Shown here: positions 1-10,737 of the stretch, in pieces
How the letters are laid out: each line of letters starts with the position of its first letter
How positions within the stretch are numbered: the first letter of the stretch is position 1
DNA from: an uncultured Pseudomonadota bacterium
Lineage (GTDB): Bacteria; Pseudomonadota; Alphaproteobacteria; JACZXZ01
Direction of reading: 5' to 3'
Length of the DNA: 64,000 nucleotides
Assembly (NCBI GenBank): GCA_963749075.1
Contig: CAVVLJ010000016.1
Coordinates: 1,248,001-1,312,000 of the forward strand
Notes under the pieces: model-generated
Told to the model about the DNA's origin: nothing
Databases searched by the model: none
Seen by the model: only the letters and a program-made list of their open reading frames with translations
Translations under genes and position numbers: made by a program

Positions 1-429
1 ATCCGAGCCCGCGCCCGGATGCGGCTCGGTCATGACGAAGGAGGAGCGCACCTTGCCCTCGATGATCGGCTGCAGCCAGCGCTCCTTCTGCGCCTCGGTG
101 CCGACCTTCTCGAGGACCATCATGTTGCCGTCGTCGGGGGCGCAGCAGTTGAAGACCAGCGGCCCGAAGATGGAGCGCGCCATCTCCTCGTAGCAGGCCG
201 CCATGCCGACGGCGCCCACCCCCTGCCCGCCGCGCGACTTGGGCATCTGGAAACACCAGAGGCCGGCCGCACGGGACTTCGCGCGCAAGGGCCGGAGCGT
301 CGCCTCGTTGATGTTCTCGTGCCCGTCGTAGCTCGCCGGCCTGCCCTCGAGCGGGATGACGTGCGCGTCGACGAAGGCCCTGATGCGCTTGCGGTAGTCC
401 TCGATCTCGGGCGTGAGCGCGAAGTCCAT
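1..429 (-). CDS. acyl-CoA dehydrogenase, N-terminal part (runs off window start)
   Basis: Hand translation from ATG at 429: MDFALTPEIEDYRKRIRAFVDAHVIPLE...VFNCCAPDDGNM...QKERWLQPIIEGKVRSSFVMTEPHPGAGSD (typical ACAD N-terminus and MTEP..GSD motif). Confidence 0.9.
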   Translation of the reverse strand, partial: MDFALTPEIEDYRKRIRAFVDAHVIPLEGRPASYDGHENINEATLRPLRAKSRAAGLWCFQMPKSRGGQGVGAVGMAACYEEMARSIFGPLVFNCCAPDDGNMMVLEKVGTEAQKERWLQPIIEGKVRSSFVMTEPHPGAGSD

Positions 430-446
430 GGCGCGTCCCTGCCGCG

Positions 447-1214
447 TCAGAGCGGCGAGTGCATATGGCCGCCGTCGACCACGATGGTGCTGCCCGTCAT
501 GAACGACGAGGCGTCGGAGGCGAGCAGCAGGAGAGCGCCGTCGAGCTCCTCGGGCCTGCCGAGCCGGCGTTGCGGGATGCGCCGGATCATGGCGCGGCCC
601 GCCTCCGTCGCGAAGAAGGCGCGGTTGATCTCCGTCTCGATGTAGCCGGGTGCCAAGGCATTCACGCGGATGCCGTGGCGCGCGAGCTCGACGGCGAGGG
701 AGGCGGTGAGCTGCGCCAAGGCCGCCTTCGATGCGCCATAGGCCGAGAGCTGGCCTGCCGCGCGGAAAGCGGTGATGGAGGTGATGTTGACGATGGCACC
801 GCCGTGGCCGAGCTTGACCATGTGCCGCGCCACCTCCCGCGCCATGAGCCAGGCGCCGCGCAGATTGACGCCGAGCGTGGCGTCCCACTCCTCCTCGGAG
901 AGCTCGAGCGCCGGCTTCGGGAGGGCCGTACCGGCGTTGTTGACGAGGATGGCGAGCGGGCCGAGCTCCTCCGCCGCCGCCGCCACGGCCGCGCGCACGC
1001 TTTCGCCGCTTGCCACGTCGAGAGCGATCGGCACCGCGCGCCCGTCGAAGCCCTCGATCTCGCGGCAGAGTGCCGCCAGGAGCTCGACGCGCCGCGCCAT
1101 GAGCGCCACCTTGGCGCCGTGGCGCGCGAGCGTCAGCGCGAAATGCCGCCCCAAGCCGCTCGAGGCGCCGGTCACGACCGCGGCCTTGCCGCTCAAGTCG
1201 AAGAACTGCTGCAT
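447..1214 (-). CDS. short-chain dehydrogenase/reductase (FabG-like SDR)
   Basis: TGASSGLG, NNAG, YGASK, VNALAPG and VDGG motifs. Confidence 0.93.
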   Translation of the reverse strand: MQQFFDLSGKAAVVTGASSGLGRHFALTLARHGAKVALMARRVELLAALCREIEGFDGRAVPIALDVASGESVRAAVAAAAEELGPLAILVNNAGTALPKPALELSEEEWDATLGVNLRGAWLMAREVARHMVKLGHGGAIVNITSITAFRAAGQLSAYGASKAALAQLTASLAVELARHGIRVNALAPGYIETEINRAFFATEAGRAMIRRIPQRRLGRPEELDGALLLLASDASSFMTGSTIVVDGGHMHSPL

Positions 1215-1404
1215 CTCCCCCCACGCCCGCCGCTTCTGCCGTCCTGGGATGCGCTCGCGACTCTAGTACGGCACCGGCGGCCGGCACAGGGTAAATCGCT
1301 TGCGAGCAAGCCGCTTCCGCCGCGGCGCTTGCGGGCGTTCGGCGTTGGTGGTGAAATCGCGGCCCAGGCCGCTCGGCGGTCAATCGCGACGAAAAGGAAC
1401 GACG

Positions 1405-2185
1405 ATGCGACGCACCGCCCACGTCATCGTCCTCGTCCTCATGGCAGCGCTCGCCGCCGGTGCGGCGGCCGCGGCGCCGCTCGATGCGCAGAAGCTGGCC
1501 GCGGTCCAGAAGGCGGCCAACGATTTCGCAGCACTCGCCAAGGACTCCCACACGGACGGGAAACCGCCGCGGCAGTCCGACCCGGCGGTGGCAGCGCTGC
1601 TCGACGCCATCTTCGATACGTCGGCGCTGCAATCGCCGGAGCCGCTCCCCTTCGATCAGCTCGGCATGCTGAACCAATGGACCGTGGCGATCCTCAAGGC
1701 CGGCGCCGTCTACATGCTCGCCGGCAGCGGCACCGCCGATCTTGCGAAAGCGGCGGGCGACGCGAGCCTGGTGGAGCACATCGAGCGCAACACGGCCGAA
1801 TACGCCCCCGAGATGGGGCGCTATCTCGACGCCCAGATCCGCATCATGGACGCCATGATCCGCAGCGTCGTGGCGCACATCGCCTCGGATCCCCAGGCGC
1901 TCGAGAATCCCAACGTGAGGGGCGGCCTCGCCAAGATCCGCGCCGGCACGAAGCAGAACTCTGCTGGGGGCGGTCACGACGCTGCTCAACGTCGGGCTCA
2001 GCGACGACTGGCGCCGCGCGCGCCTCCCCGCGCTTGCCGCCTTTGCACCCACCGCGGCCAAGTTCCTGCTGCCGGAGGACGACCGCGAGGTGCGCGAGGC
2101 AGCCCTCGACGTTGCCCAGGTGATGCGCGATCCCGAGGTCGAGCGCGGCCTCAAGGCCGTGGCCGATGCCTTTCAGCCGGGCTGA
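1405..2185 (+). CDS. secreted/periplasmic hypothetical protein; one apparent +1 frameshift at ~1957
   Basis: AAAGGA RBS; signal peptide MRRTAHVIVLVLMAALAAGAAAAA; deleting one A in cagaactc restores ...KQTLLGAVTTLLNVGLSDDWRRARLP...ADAFQPG* (TGA 2183-2185). Confidence 0.6.
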
Positions 2186-2191
2186 GGGCGC

Positions 2192-3841
2192 CTACTCCTC
2201 CCTCGCCTTCTCCCGCAGCGCGTATTTCTGGACCTTGCCCGTCGAGGTCTTGGGCAGCAGCCCGAAGACCACGTGCTTCGGCACCTTGAAATGGGCGAGG
2301 CGCCGGCGGCAGAAGGCGATGATCTCGGCAGCGCCGACCTCGGCACCGCCCGGCTTGAGAGTGACGAAGGCGCACGGCACCTCGCCCCATTTCTCGTCGG
2401 GCTGCGCCACCACCGCCGCCTCCATCACGGCGGGATGCTTGTAGAGCACCTCCTCGACCTCGAGCGAGGAGATGTTCTCGCCTCCTGAGATGATGATGTC
2501 CTTGGAGCGGTCCTTGATCTCGACGTAGCCGTCGGGATGGCGCACGGCGAGGTCGCCCGTGTGGAACCAGCCGCCGCGGAAGGCCTCGCGGCTCGCCGCC
2601 GGGTTCTTGAGATAGCCCTTCATCACCGTATTGCCGCGCAGCATGAGCTCGCCGATCGTCCGTCCGTCGCGCAGCACCGGGGCCATGCCCGCGGGCTCGG
2701 CGACCATGAGATCGGCGAGCGTCAGATAGCGCACGCCCTGGCGCGCCATGCGGGACGCCTTCTCCTCGAGCGTGAGCCCGCCCCACGCCTCCTGCCAGGC
2801 GCAGAGCACAGCAGGGCCATAGCTCTCGGTGAGGCCGTAGAGATGGGTGACGCGGAAGCCCATGCGCTCCATCGCGGCGATCACGGCACTCGGGGGCGCT
2901 GCCCCGCCGGTCGCCACCTCGATCGTCCACTCGAAGCGGCGCTTGATGGCGTCGGGCGCGTGCACCAGCATATTGAGCACGATGGGGGCGCCGCAGAGAT
3001 GGGTGACGCGGTGCCGGGCGATCGCCGGGAAGATGAGCGCCGGATCGACGCGGCGCAGGCAGACGTGCGTCCCCGCCACGGCGGTCACCGCCCAGGTATA
3101 GGTCCAGCCGCTGCAGTGGAACATGGGCAGCGTCCAGAGATAGACCGTGCCGGCGTCGAGGCCGAACTCGATGGCGTTGCCGATGGCATTGAGGTAGGCG
3201 CCGCGGTGGTGATAGACGACGCCCTTGGGGTTGCCCGTGGTGCCCGAGGTGTAGTTGAGGCAGATCGCCTCCCACTCGTTGGCCGGCCAGCGCCAGGCGA
3301 ACTCGGGGTCGCCCTCCCTGAGGAAGGCCTCGTAATCCATCTTGCCGAGGAGCTCGCCGCCGCTATGGAGCGGATCGTCGATGTCGATGACGAGGGGCGG
3401 TGCTGCGAGGCGCCCCAAAGCGGCTTTCACCACGGGCGAGAACTCGCGGTCGGCGATCAGCACCTTGGCGCCGCCATGCTCGAGGATGAAGGCGATGCTG
3501 GCGGCGTCGAGCCGGTAGTTGAGCGCATTGAGCACGGCGCCGGCCATGGCGACGCCGTAATGGGCCTCGAGCAGCGCCGGCACGTTGGGCGCCATGACGG
3601 AAACCGTGTCGCCTGGCCGCACGCCGCATCGGGCGAGCGCCGAGGCGAGGCGCCGGCAGCGCGAGAAGAGCTCGCGATAGGAATAGCCGAGCTCGCCGTG
3701 AGCGACGGCGGTCTTGTCGGGGAAGACGGCAGCCGCCCGCTCGAGGAAGCCGAGCGGTGTCAACGGCGCGAAATTCGCGGCGTTCGGCTCGAGCCCGCGC
3801 TCGTAAGGATCGTCGCTACCGTGCGGCACGCCCTCTGCCAT
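2192..3841 (-). CDS. acyl-CoA synthetase (AMP-binding enzyme)
   Basis: YTSGTTGNPKG, YGLTE, WFHTGD, GGENISS and PKTSTGK motifs; GGAGG RBS before MAEG. Confidence 0.93.
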   Translation of the reverse strand: MAEGVPHGSDDPYERGLEPNAANFAPLTPLGFLERAAAVFPDKTAVAHGELGYSYRELFSRCRRLASALARCGVRPGDTVSVMAPNVPALLEAHYGVAMAGAVLNALNYRLDAASIAFILEHGGAKVLIADREFSPVVKAALGRLAAPPLVIDIDDPLHSGGELLGKMDYEAFLREGDPEFAWRWPANEWEAICLNYTSGTTGNPKGVVYHHRGAYLNAIGNAIEFGLDAGTVYLWTLPMFHCSGWTYTWAVTAVAGTHVCLRRVDPALIFPAIARHRVTHLCGAPIVLNMLVHAPDAIKRRFEWTIEVATGGAAPPSAVIAAMERMGFRVTHLYGLTESYGPAVLCAWQEAWGGLTLEEKASRMARQGVRYLTLADLMVAEPAGMAPVLRDGRTIGELMLRGNTVMKGYLKNPAASREAFRGGWFHTGDLAVRHPDGYVEIKDRSKDIIISGGENISSLEVEEVLYKHPAVMEAAVVAQPDEKWGEVPCAFVTLKPGGAEVGAAEIIAFCRRRLAHFKVPKHVVFGLLPKTSTGKVQKYALREKAREE

Positions 3842-3949
3842 CGCCCACCTCCGCGCCATCGCCGCGATGCTTCCGCCTCGGGCCTTCCGCGTCAAGGGCA
3901 GCCTCGGATGCGTGCTCGCGTTCCGCCCTCGGCGGAGCTATGCTTTGGC

Positions 3950-4600
3950 ATGATCATCGACGTCATCTCGGACACCATCTGCCCATGGTGCTTCGTCGGC
4001 AAGCGCCGCCTCGAGCGCGCGCTGAGCCTCGCAGCGCGGCCCGACCTCGTCGTCGCCTGGCATCCCTTCCAGCTCAATCCGGACATGCCCAAGGCCGGCA
4101 TGGAGCGCGCCGAATACTTGCGCCTCAAGTTCGGCGACGAGCGCGGCTCGGGCGCCTATGACGCCATCCGCGAGGCCGGCGCCGGCGAGGGCATCGAGTT
4201 CAATTTCGCCGCCGTCAAGCGCACGCCCAACACCTTCGAGTCGCACCGCCTGGTGCGCTATGCGGGCGAGCTCGGCCTCCAGCACCAGGTGGTGGAGGCG
4301 CTCTTCCAGGCCTATTTCATCGACGGCCGCGACGTGGGCGACGCCATGACGCTGCTCGATGTGGGCACCTCGGCCGGCCTCGAGCGCGGCGCCCTCGCCG
4401 ACCATATGGCGGGCGAGGCCGGTGCCACGGAGGTGGCCAAGGAAGACGAGATGGCGCGGCGCATGGGCGTGCAGGGCGTGCCCTGCTTCATCTTCCAGCG
4501 CAAGTACGTGGTCTCCGGCGCGCAGTCGCCCGACGTCTTCCTCCAGGTCTTCGAGATCGTCGAGAAGGAGCAGGCGGAGGTGGGCGCCGAGGAGGCCTGA
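3950..4600 (+). CDS. DsbA/FrnE-family oxidoreductase
   Basis: MIIDVISDTICPWCFVGKRRL, PFQLNPDMP, GVQGVP, SGAQ. Confidence 0.9.
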   Translation: MIIDVISDTICPWCFVGKRRLERALSLAARPDLVVAWHPFQLNPDMPKAGMERAEYLRLKFGDERGSGAYDAIREAGAGEGIEFNFAAVKRTPNTFESHRLVRYAGELGLQHQVVEALFQAYFIDGRDVGDAMTLLDVGTSAGLERGALADHMAGEAGATEVAKEDEMARRMGVQGVPCFIFQRKYVVSGAQSPDVFLQVFEIVEKEQAEVGAEEA

Positions 4601-4615
4601 GCCTGCGTCCCCTCT

Positions 4616-4798
4616 CCCCTCTCCTCCTTCAGGAGGAGAGGGTCGGGGTGAGGAGGCCATCGGCGCGCGCGATCAGCGCCGACGCCGCCACCGGCTGCTT
4701 CGCTGAAAACAGTGTTGACCGGGCTTCTTCGCGCGAGGGCACCCGCGCGATTTCAACACCTCCTCACCCTACCCTCTCCTCCTGAAGGAGGAGAGGGG
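4616..4798. repeat. pair of inverted REP-like palindromic units (CCCTCTCC...GGAGAGGG family)
   Basis: 4616-4656 is nearly the reverse complement of 4759-4798, and each unit is itself a hairpin. Confidence 0.8.
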
Positions 4799-7700
4799 AA
4801 TTGAAGGGGGAGAGGGTGAGCGGCCGCGATCTCGGCGATCTTGCGCAAGACCTGCACCACGCCGGCGACGCGCTCGGCCGCGTCCTCCCAGGGGCGCTTG
4901 ATGACGAGCTTCTGGTCCGGGCGGAAGCTCACGGTACCGGCCTGGCGCTGCACGAACTCGATGAGGCCCTTGGGGTTGGCGAACTGGTTCTGGCGGAAGG
5001 CGAGCACGGCGCCCTTGGGACCGGCGTCGAGCTTCTCGATGCCGGCGTCTATCGAGAGGCGCTTGATCGCCACGATCTTGAGGAGGTTCCCGACCTCGGG
5101 CGGCAGCGGCCCGAAGCGGTCGACGAGCTCGGCCGCGAAGCCGTCGATCTCCTGCTGGTCGACGAGTGCCACGATGCGGCGGTAGAGCCCGAGCCGCACG
5201 CCGAGGTCCGGCACGTAGCTCTCCGGAATGAGCACCGGCGTGCCGAGGTTGATCTGCGGCGTCCAGTCGGGCTGGCGCGCCGCCGCGACCTCGCCTTTCG
5301 CCGCCGCCACCGCCTCCTCGAGCATCTGCTGGTAGAGCTCGATGCCGACCTCGCGCACGTGGCCGGACTGCTCCTCGCCGAGGAGGTTGCCCGCACCGCG
5401 GATGTCCATGTCGTGGCTCGCAAGCGTGAAGCCGGCGCCGAGCGTATCGAGGGTCTGCATGACATGGAGGCGCTTGGTGGCACTGTCGCTCAGCGCCTTC
5501 CCCGGCGGCAGCGTGAGATAGGCATAGGCGCGCAGCTTGGCGCGCCCGACGCGGCCGCGCAGCTGGTAGAGCTGCGAGAGGCCGAACATGTCGGCGCGGT
5601 GGATGACGAGCGTGTTGGCGGCGGGAATGTCGAGGCCCGATTCGACGATGTTGGTCGAGAGCAGCACGTCGAACTTGCCGTCGTAGAAGGCCGCCATGGC
5701 GTCCTCGAGCTGGCTCGGCGCCATGCGCCCGTGCGCCATCGCGATCTTCACCTCGGGCACCAGCTCCCTCAGGCGCTCGCGCACGCCCGCCAGATCCTCG
5801 ATGCGCGGGCAGACGTAATAGCTCTGCCCGCCGCGGAAATGCTCGCGCAGGAGCGCCTCGCGCACGACGACGGGGTCGTAGGGCAGCACGAAGGTGCGCA
5901 CGGCCAGGCGGTCGATGGGCGGTGTCGCGATGAGGCTCATGTCGCGCACGCCCGAGAGGGCTAGCTGAAGCGTGCGCGGGATCGGCGTCGCGGTCAGCGT
6001 CAGCACGTGCACGTTGCTCCTGAGCTGCTTGAGGCGCTCCTTCTGCTTGACGCCGAAATGCTGCTCCTCGTCGACGATGAGGAGGCCCAGATGCTTGAAG
6101 GCGACGGTCTTGCTCAGGAGCGCGTGGGTGCCGATCACGATATCGGTGGTGCCGGCTGCCGAGCCGGCCTTGACCTCCGCCGCCTCCTTGGCGCCGGTCA
6201 GCCGCGAGAGCCGGCCGATCCTGACGGGCAGCCCGGCGAAGCGCTCGTTGAAGGTGCGGTAGTGCTGGCGCGCGAGGAGCGTCGTCGGCACGATGAGGGC
6301 CATCTGGAAGCCCGACATCACGGCAAGGAAGGCGGCGCGGAGCGCCACCTCGGTCTTGCCGAAGCCCACGTCGCCGCAGATGAGCCGGTCCATCGGGCGG
6401 CCGGACGCGAGATCGTGGATCGTCTCGTCGATGGCGGTGAGCTGGTCCTCGGTCTCGGGATAGGGGAAGCGCGCGCAGAACTCGGCATAGCTCGGGCCCT
6501 CGGCGGCGATGAGCTCGCCGGGCTTGAGCTGGCGCTCGGCGGCGACGCGGATGAGCTCGCCCGCGATCTCCTGGATGCGCTCCTTGACCCGCGCCTTGCG
6601 CGCCTGCCAGCCGGCACCGCCCAGCCGGTCGAGCTGGGCGCCCGCCTCCTCGGAGCCGAAGCGCGAGAGCACCTCGATGTTCTCGACCGGCACGAAGAGC
6701 CGGTCGCCGCCCTCGTAGAGCACGCGCAGGCAATCGTGCGGCGCGCCTGAGACCTCGATGGTCTCGAGCCCCTCGTAGCGGCCGATGCCGTGCTCGACGT
6801 GGACGACGAGATCGCCGGCCGTGAGCGTCGAGACCTCGGAGATGAAGTTCTCGGCGCGGCTGCGCCGCTTCACGGGACGCACCAGGCGGTCGCCGAGGAT
6901 GTCCTGCTCGCTGATGACGGCGAGCTCGCCGCGCACGAAGCCGTGCTCGAGTGCCAGCACGATGAGGCCGACCGCATCGCGGGGAAGTGCCGCGAGCTCG
7001 CCCCAGCTCGCGAGCGTCACCACGTTCTTCTGGCCGTGCTCGCCGAGAAGCGTGCCGAGGCGGTCGCGGGCACCCGGGCTGTAGCCCGCCACGATGACGC
7101 GGCGCCCCTGGCGCTGCTCGGCCGCGATGTGCTGGCCGAGGGCGTCGAACAGGTTGATCTCGGGATGCGCCCGCGCGTCCGCGAAGTCGCGGCCTGGCCG
7201 GCCGCCGGCATCGACGGCGGCGGCACCCTCGGGCGGCTTGAAGGGAGAGAAGCCGCCGGTCAGGCGGCCCGCAAGCGCGCCATCGAGTGCCAAGCGGTCG
7301 AGGAAGAGGCTCTCCGGCGGCACCGGCTTATAGAGGGTCGCGGGATCGGCGTCCGCGAGCGTGCGGCGCGCGGCGTAGAACTCGGCGATGGTCTCGAGCC
7401 GCGTCGCGATCGCCTCCTCGGCCTGGTAGTCGAAGGTCACCGCCGCGTCCGGCAGGTAATCGAGGACGGTCTCGAGGCGCTCGTAGAAAAGCGGCAGCCA
7501 ATGCTCCATGCCGATGTGCGCGCGGCCGGCGCTGATCGCCTCGTAGAGCGGGTCGGCCCCGCGCGCCGCACCGAAAAGCTCGCGGTAGCCCATGCGGAAG
7601 CGCTGCACCGCCGCCTCGTCGAGCAGCACCTCGCTCATCGCCTTGAGCTGGAGGCGCTCGTAGCCCGTCGTGGTGCGCTGGCTCAGGGGATCGAAGCCGC

Positions 7701-8310
7701 GGATGCGCTCGACCTCGTCGCCGAAGAGATCGAGGCGCACGGGCTCCGCCGTGCCCGGCGGGAAAATGTCGACGATGCCGCCGCGGAGCGCATATTCGCC
7801 CGGCTCGCGCACCGTCTCGGCGCGCCGGTAGCCGTTCGCCAGGACGAAGCGGCTGAGCTCCTCGCGCTGGAGCCGCCCGCCCACGGCGAGCGGGAAGACC
7901 GCGTCGCGGAAGGTGGCAGCCGGCGGCACCTTCTGGAGGAGGGCGTTGATGGTGGTGACGGTGATGCGGCTCTCGGGCGGCTGAGGTGCCCGGGCCAATC
8001 TCGTGAGCGTATCGATGCGCCGGCTCACGATCTCGGCGTTGGGCGACAGCCGGTCGTAAGGCAGGCAATCCCACGCCGGGAAGCTCAGCACCTCGAGTGC
8101 CGGTGCGAAGAAGGCGAGCGCCTCGGCAATGCGGTTGAGCGCTGCGTCGTCGCGCGCCACGTGAAGGAGCTGGACGGGCGAGCCTGCCGCCCGCTCGGCC
8201 AGGACGAGGGCATCGACGCCCTCGGGCGCTCCCGCGATCGTGACCCGGCCAGGATGTCCCGGAGCGTCAGCCTGACTAATCATTTCAGTCAAATGAATCA
8301 ATCTGTTCAA
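4753..8310 (-). CDS. mfd: transcription-repair coupling factor
   Basis: PAWDCLPYD, GDLVVHVEHGIGRY (CarD/RID), CGDVGFGKT, DEEQHFG, TATPIPRT, QLRGRVGR; TTG start overlapping sdhE stop, start uncertain. Confidence 0.96.
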   Translation of the reverse strand: MNRLIHLTEMISQADAPGHPGRVTIAGAPEGVDALVLAERAAGSPVQLLHVARDDAALNRIAEALAFFAPALEVLSFPAWDCLPYDRLSPNAEIVSRRIDTLTRLARAPQPPESRITVTTINALLQKVPPAATFRDAVFPLAVGGRLQREELSRFVLANGYRRAETVREPGEYALRGGIVDIFPPGTAEPVRLDLFGDEVERIRGFDPLSQRTTTGYERLQLKAMSEVLLDEAAVQRFRMGYRELFGAARGADPLYEAISAGRAHIGMEHWLPLFYERLETVLDYLPDAAVTFDYQAEEAIATRLETIAEFYAARRTLADADPATLYKPVPPESLFLDRLALDGALAGRLTGGFSPFKPPEGAAAVDAGGRPGRDFADARAHPEINLFDALGQHIAAEQRQGRRVIVAGYSPGARDRLGTLLGEHGQKNVVTLASWGELAALPRDAVGLIVLALEHGFVRGELAVISEQDILGDRLVRPVKRRSRAENFISEVSTLTAGDLVVHVEHGIGRYEGLETIEVSGAPHDCLRVLYEGGDRLFVPVENIEVLSRFGSEEAGAQLDRLGGAGWQARKARVKERIQEIAGELIRVAAERQLKPGELIAAEGPSYAEFCARFPYPETEDQLTAIDETIHDLASGRPMDRLICGDVGFGKTEVALRAAFLAVMSGFQMALIVPTTLLARQHYRTFNERFAGLPVRIGRLSRLTGAKEAAEVKAGSAAGTTDIVIGTHALLSKTVAFKHLGLLIVDEEQHFGVKQKERLKQLRSNVHVLTLTATPIPRTLQLALSGVRDMSLIATPPIDRLAVRTFVLPYDPVVVREALLREHFRGGQSYYVCPRIEDLAGVRERLRELVPEVKIAMAHGRMAPSQLEDAMAAFYDGKFDVLLSTNIVESGLDIPAANTLVIHRADMFGLSQLYQLRGRVGRAKLRAYAYLTLPPGKALSDSATKRLHVMQTLDTLGAGFTLASHDMDIRGAGNLLGEEQSGHVREVGIELYQQMLEEAVAAAKGEVAAARQPDWTPQINLGTPVLIPESYVPDLGVRLGLYRRIVALVDQQEIDGFAAELVDRFGPLPPEVGNLLKIVAIKRLSIDAGIEKLDAGPKGAVLAFRQNQFANPKGLIEFVQRQAGTVSFRPDQKLVIKRPWEDAAERVAGVVQVLRKIAEIAAAHPLPLQFPSPPSGGEGRVRRC

Positions 8311-8570
8311 TGTGGAATCTTGAAGTCCAGGATGAGCTTCATCACCGCGTTGTCGAAGGCCGGCGGAACGGGCGTCTCGCCGACGATCCAGTTGAAGAGG
8401 TCCGGGTCGGGTGCCGCGAGGAGCGCCTCGTACTGGCCGAGCTCGGCGTCGCTGAGGCCGGCGAGATGGCGCTCCGCAAAGCCGCCGAGCAGCAGGTCCA
8501 TCTCGCGCGTCCCGCGGTGCCAGCTGCGATAGCGGAGTTGCTTCAGGCGAGGATCGGAGGTAACGGACAT
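8307..8570 (-). CDS. sdhE: succinate dehydrogenase assembly factor 2
   Basis: LRYRSWHRGTREMDLLLG; canonical position between mfd and recG. Confidence 0.93.
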   Translation of the reverse strand: MSVTSDPRLKQLRYRSWHRGTREMDLLLGGFAERHLAGLSDAELGQYEALLAAPDPDLFNWIVGETPVPPAFDNAVMKLILDFKIPH

Positions 8571-8655
8571 TCTCTCAACCGGGGGCGGACGCATCTAGGA
8601 TATAAGGCGCGGGAGGCCTCCTGTCAGCAACCGCTTGAGCATAATCCCCATCTCC

Positions 8656-10737
8656 ATGCGCCCGGACATCCTCAATCGCCTCTTCGTGCCCGTGGACGCG
8701 CTCGCGGGCGTGGGGCCGCGCCTGGCCAAGCTCTACGAGCGCCTCTCGGGCCCGCGCGTGGTGGACCTCCTGTGGCACCTGCCGTCGGGCCTCATCGACC
8801 GGCGCTATGCGCCCAAGGTGCGCGACGCCGTCGAGGGGAGGATCGCCACCCTCACCCTTTGGGTCGACGCCCACCAGCCGCCCGGCAATCCTCGCCTCCC
8901 TTACCGGGTGCGCTGCCGCGACGAGACCGGCTTCGTGCATCTCGTCTTCTTCCACGCGCGCGCCGATTATCTCGAGAAGATTTTGCCGGTGGGAGAGCGG
9001 CGCGTGGTGAGCGGCCGGCTCGAGCGCTTCCGCGGCGAGCTGCAGATCACCCATCCTGACCACGTCGGCACGCTCGAGGAGCTCGAGTTCATGAAAGGCG
9101 TCGAGCCGGTCTATCCGCTGACCGCCGGGCTCACCCTCAAGATGGTCGGGAAGACGGTGCGCGCGGCACTCGAGCGGGCACCGGAGCTCGCCGAGTGGAT
9201 CGATGCCCCCTATCGCCAGCGCCAGGGCTGGGACGGCTGGCACCAGGCGCTCTTGAAGGCCCACGCGCCCGAGAGCGAGGCCGACCTTGAGCCTGCTGCG
9301 CCCGCGCGCGCCCGCCTCGCCTATGACGAGCTCCTCGCCAACCAGCTCGCGGTGGCGCTCGTGCGCGCCCACCAGCGCCGTCTCTCCGGCCGCCCGCTCA
9401 GGGGCGACGGCCGCTTGCGCGCCAAGGTGATCGCCGCCCTCCCCTATACCCTCACCCGCTCGCAAACCCAGGCCGTGGACGACGTTGTGGCCGACATGGC
9501 GGGCGAGACGCGCATGCTGCGCCTCCTGCAAGGCGACGTGGGCAGCGGCAAGACCATCGTGGCACTCCTCGCCCTCCTCAATGCGGTCGAGGCGGGCGCC
9601 CAGGGCGTGCTCATGGCGCCGACGGAGATCCTGGCGCGCCAGCATTTCCACACCATCGCCCCCCTCGCCCAGGCCGCGGGCGTGCGTCTGGCGCTCCTGA
9701 CCGGGCGCGACAAGGGCAAGCCCCGCGAGGTCATCCTCGAGGGCCTCAAGGACGGCTCCATCTCGCTCGCCGTCGGCACCCACGCCCTCTTCCAGGAGGA
9801 CGTGGCCTTCAAGGACATCGCCATCGCCGTGGTCGACGAGCAGCACCGCTTCGGCGTGCACCAGCGCCTGCTGCTCGCCGCCAAGGGCCGTGCCATCGAC
9901 ATGCTGGTGATGACGGCGACGCCCATCCCGCGCACCCTCATGCTGGCGGCCTACGGCGACATGGACGAATCGCGTCTCACCGAAAAGCCGGCCGGCCGCA
10001 AGCCCATCGACACGCGCACGCTGCCGCTCAGCCGCCTCGAGGAGGTCATCGCCTCCTTGCGCCGCGCGCTTGCCAAGGGCGCCAAGATCTACTGGGTCTG
10101 CCCCCTCGTCGAGGAGTCGGAGGCGGTCGACCTCGCGGCAGCTACCGAGCGCTACCGCGAGCTCGCCGAGCTCTTCCCGGGCAAGGTCGGCCTCGTGCAC
10201 GGGCGCCTGCGGGCGGCCGAGAAGGACGCCGCCATGGCCGGCTTCCAGCGCGGGCCGCTCGCCATCCTCGTCGCCACCACGGTCATCGAGGTGGGCGTCG
10301 ACGTGCCCGAGGCGAGCGTGATGGTGATCGAGCATGCCGAGCGCTTCGGCCTGGCCCAACTCCACCAGCTGCGCGGCCGCATCGGGCGCGGCGAGGCCGC
10401 CTCTACCTGCCTCCTCCTCTACACGACCCCGCTCGGCGAGACGGCGCACGCGCGCCTGGCCATCCTCCGCGAGAGCGACGACGGCTTCCGCATCGCCGAG
10501 GAGGATTTCCGCCTGCGCGGCCCCGGCGAGCTCCTCGGCACGCGGCAAAGCGGCCTGCCCGCCTTCCGCCTGGCCGACCTCACGCACCACCAGGACCTCC
10601 TCGCCGCCGCGCGCGACGACGCGCGCCTGGCCATCGAGCGCGACCCCGAGCTCAAGAGCGCGCGCGGCGAGGCCATCCGCACGCTCCTCTACCTCTTCGA
10701 GCGCGACGCGGCGATCAGGTATCTGCGATCGGGGTGA
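8656..10737 (+). CDS. recG: ATP-dependent DNA helicase RecG
   Basis: QGDVGSGKT, DEQHRFG, TATPIPRT, QLRGRIGR, GTRQSG. Confidence 0.96.
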   Translation: MRPDILNRLFVPVDALAGVGPRLAKLYERLSGPRVVDLLWHLPSGLIDRRYAPKVRDAVEGRIATLTLWVDAHQPPGNPRLPYRVRCRDETGFVHLVFFHARADYLEKILPVGERRVVSGRLERFRGELQITHPDHVGTLEELEFMKGVEPVYPLTAGLTLKMVGKTVRAALERAPELAEWIDAPYRQRQGWDGWHQALLKAHAPESEADLEPAAPARARLAYDELLANQLAVALVRAHQRRLSGRPLRGDGRLRAKVIAALPYTLTRSQTQAVDDVVADMAGETRMLRLLQGDVGSGKTIVALLALLNAVEAGAQGVLMAPTEILARQHFHTIAPLAQAAGVRLALLTGRDKGKPREVILEGLKDGSISLAVGTHALFQEDVAFKDIAIAVVDEQHRFGVHQRLLLAAKGRAIDMLVMTATPIPRTLMLAAYGDMDESRLTEKPAGRKPIDTRTLPLSRLEEVIASLRRALAKGAKIYWVCPLVEESEAVDLAAATERYRELAELFPGKVGLVHGRLRAAEKDAAMAGFQRGPLAILVATTVIEVGVDVPEASVMVIEHAERFGLAQLHQLRGRIGRGEAASTCLLLYTTPLGETAHARLAILRESDDGFRIAEEDFRLRGPGELLGTRQSGLPAFRLADLTHHQDLLAAARDDARLAIERDPELKSARGEAIRTLLYLFERDAAIRYLRSG

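Noticed and set aside
4753-10737. mfd-sdhE-recG cluster as a novel association
   Set aside because: Well-known conserved synteny in alphaproteobacteria
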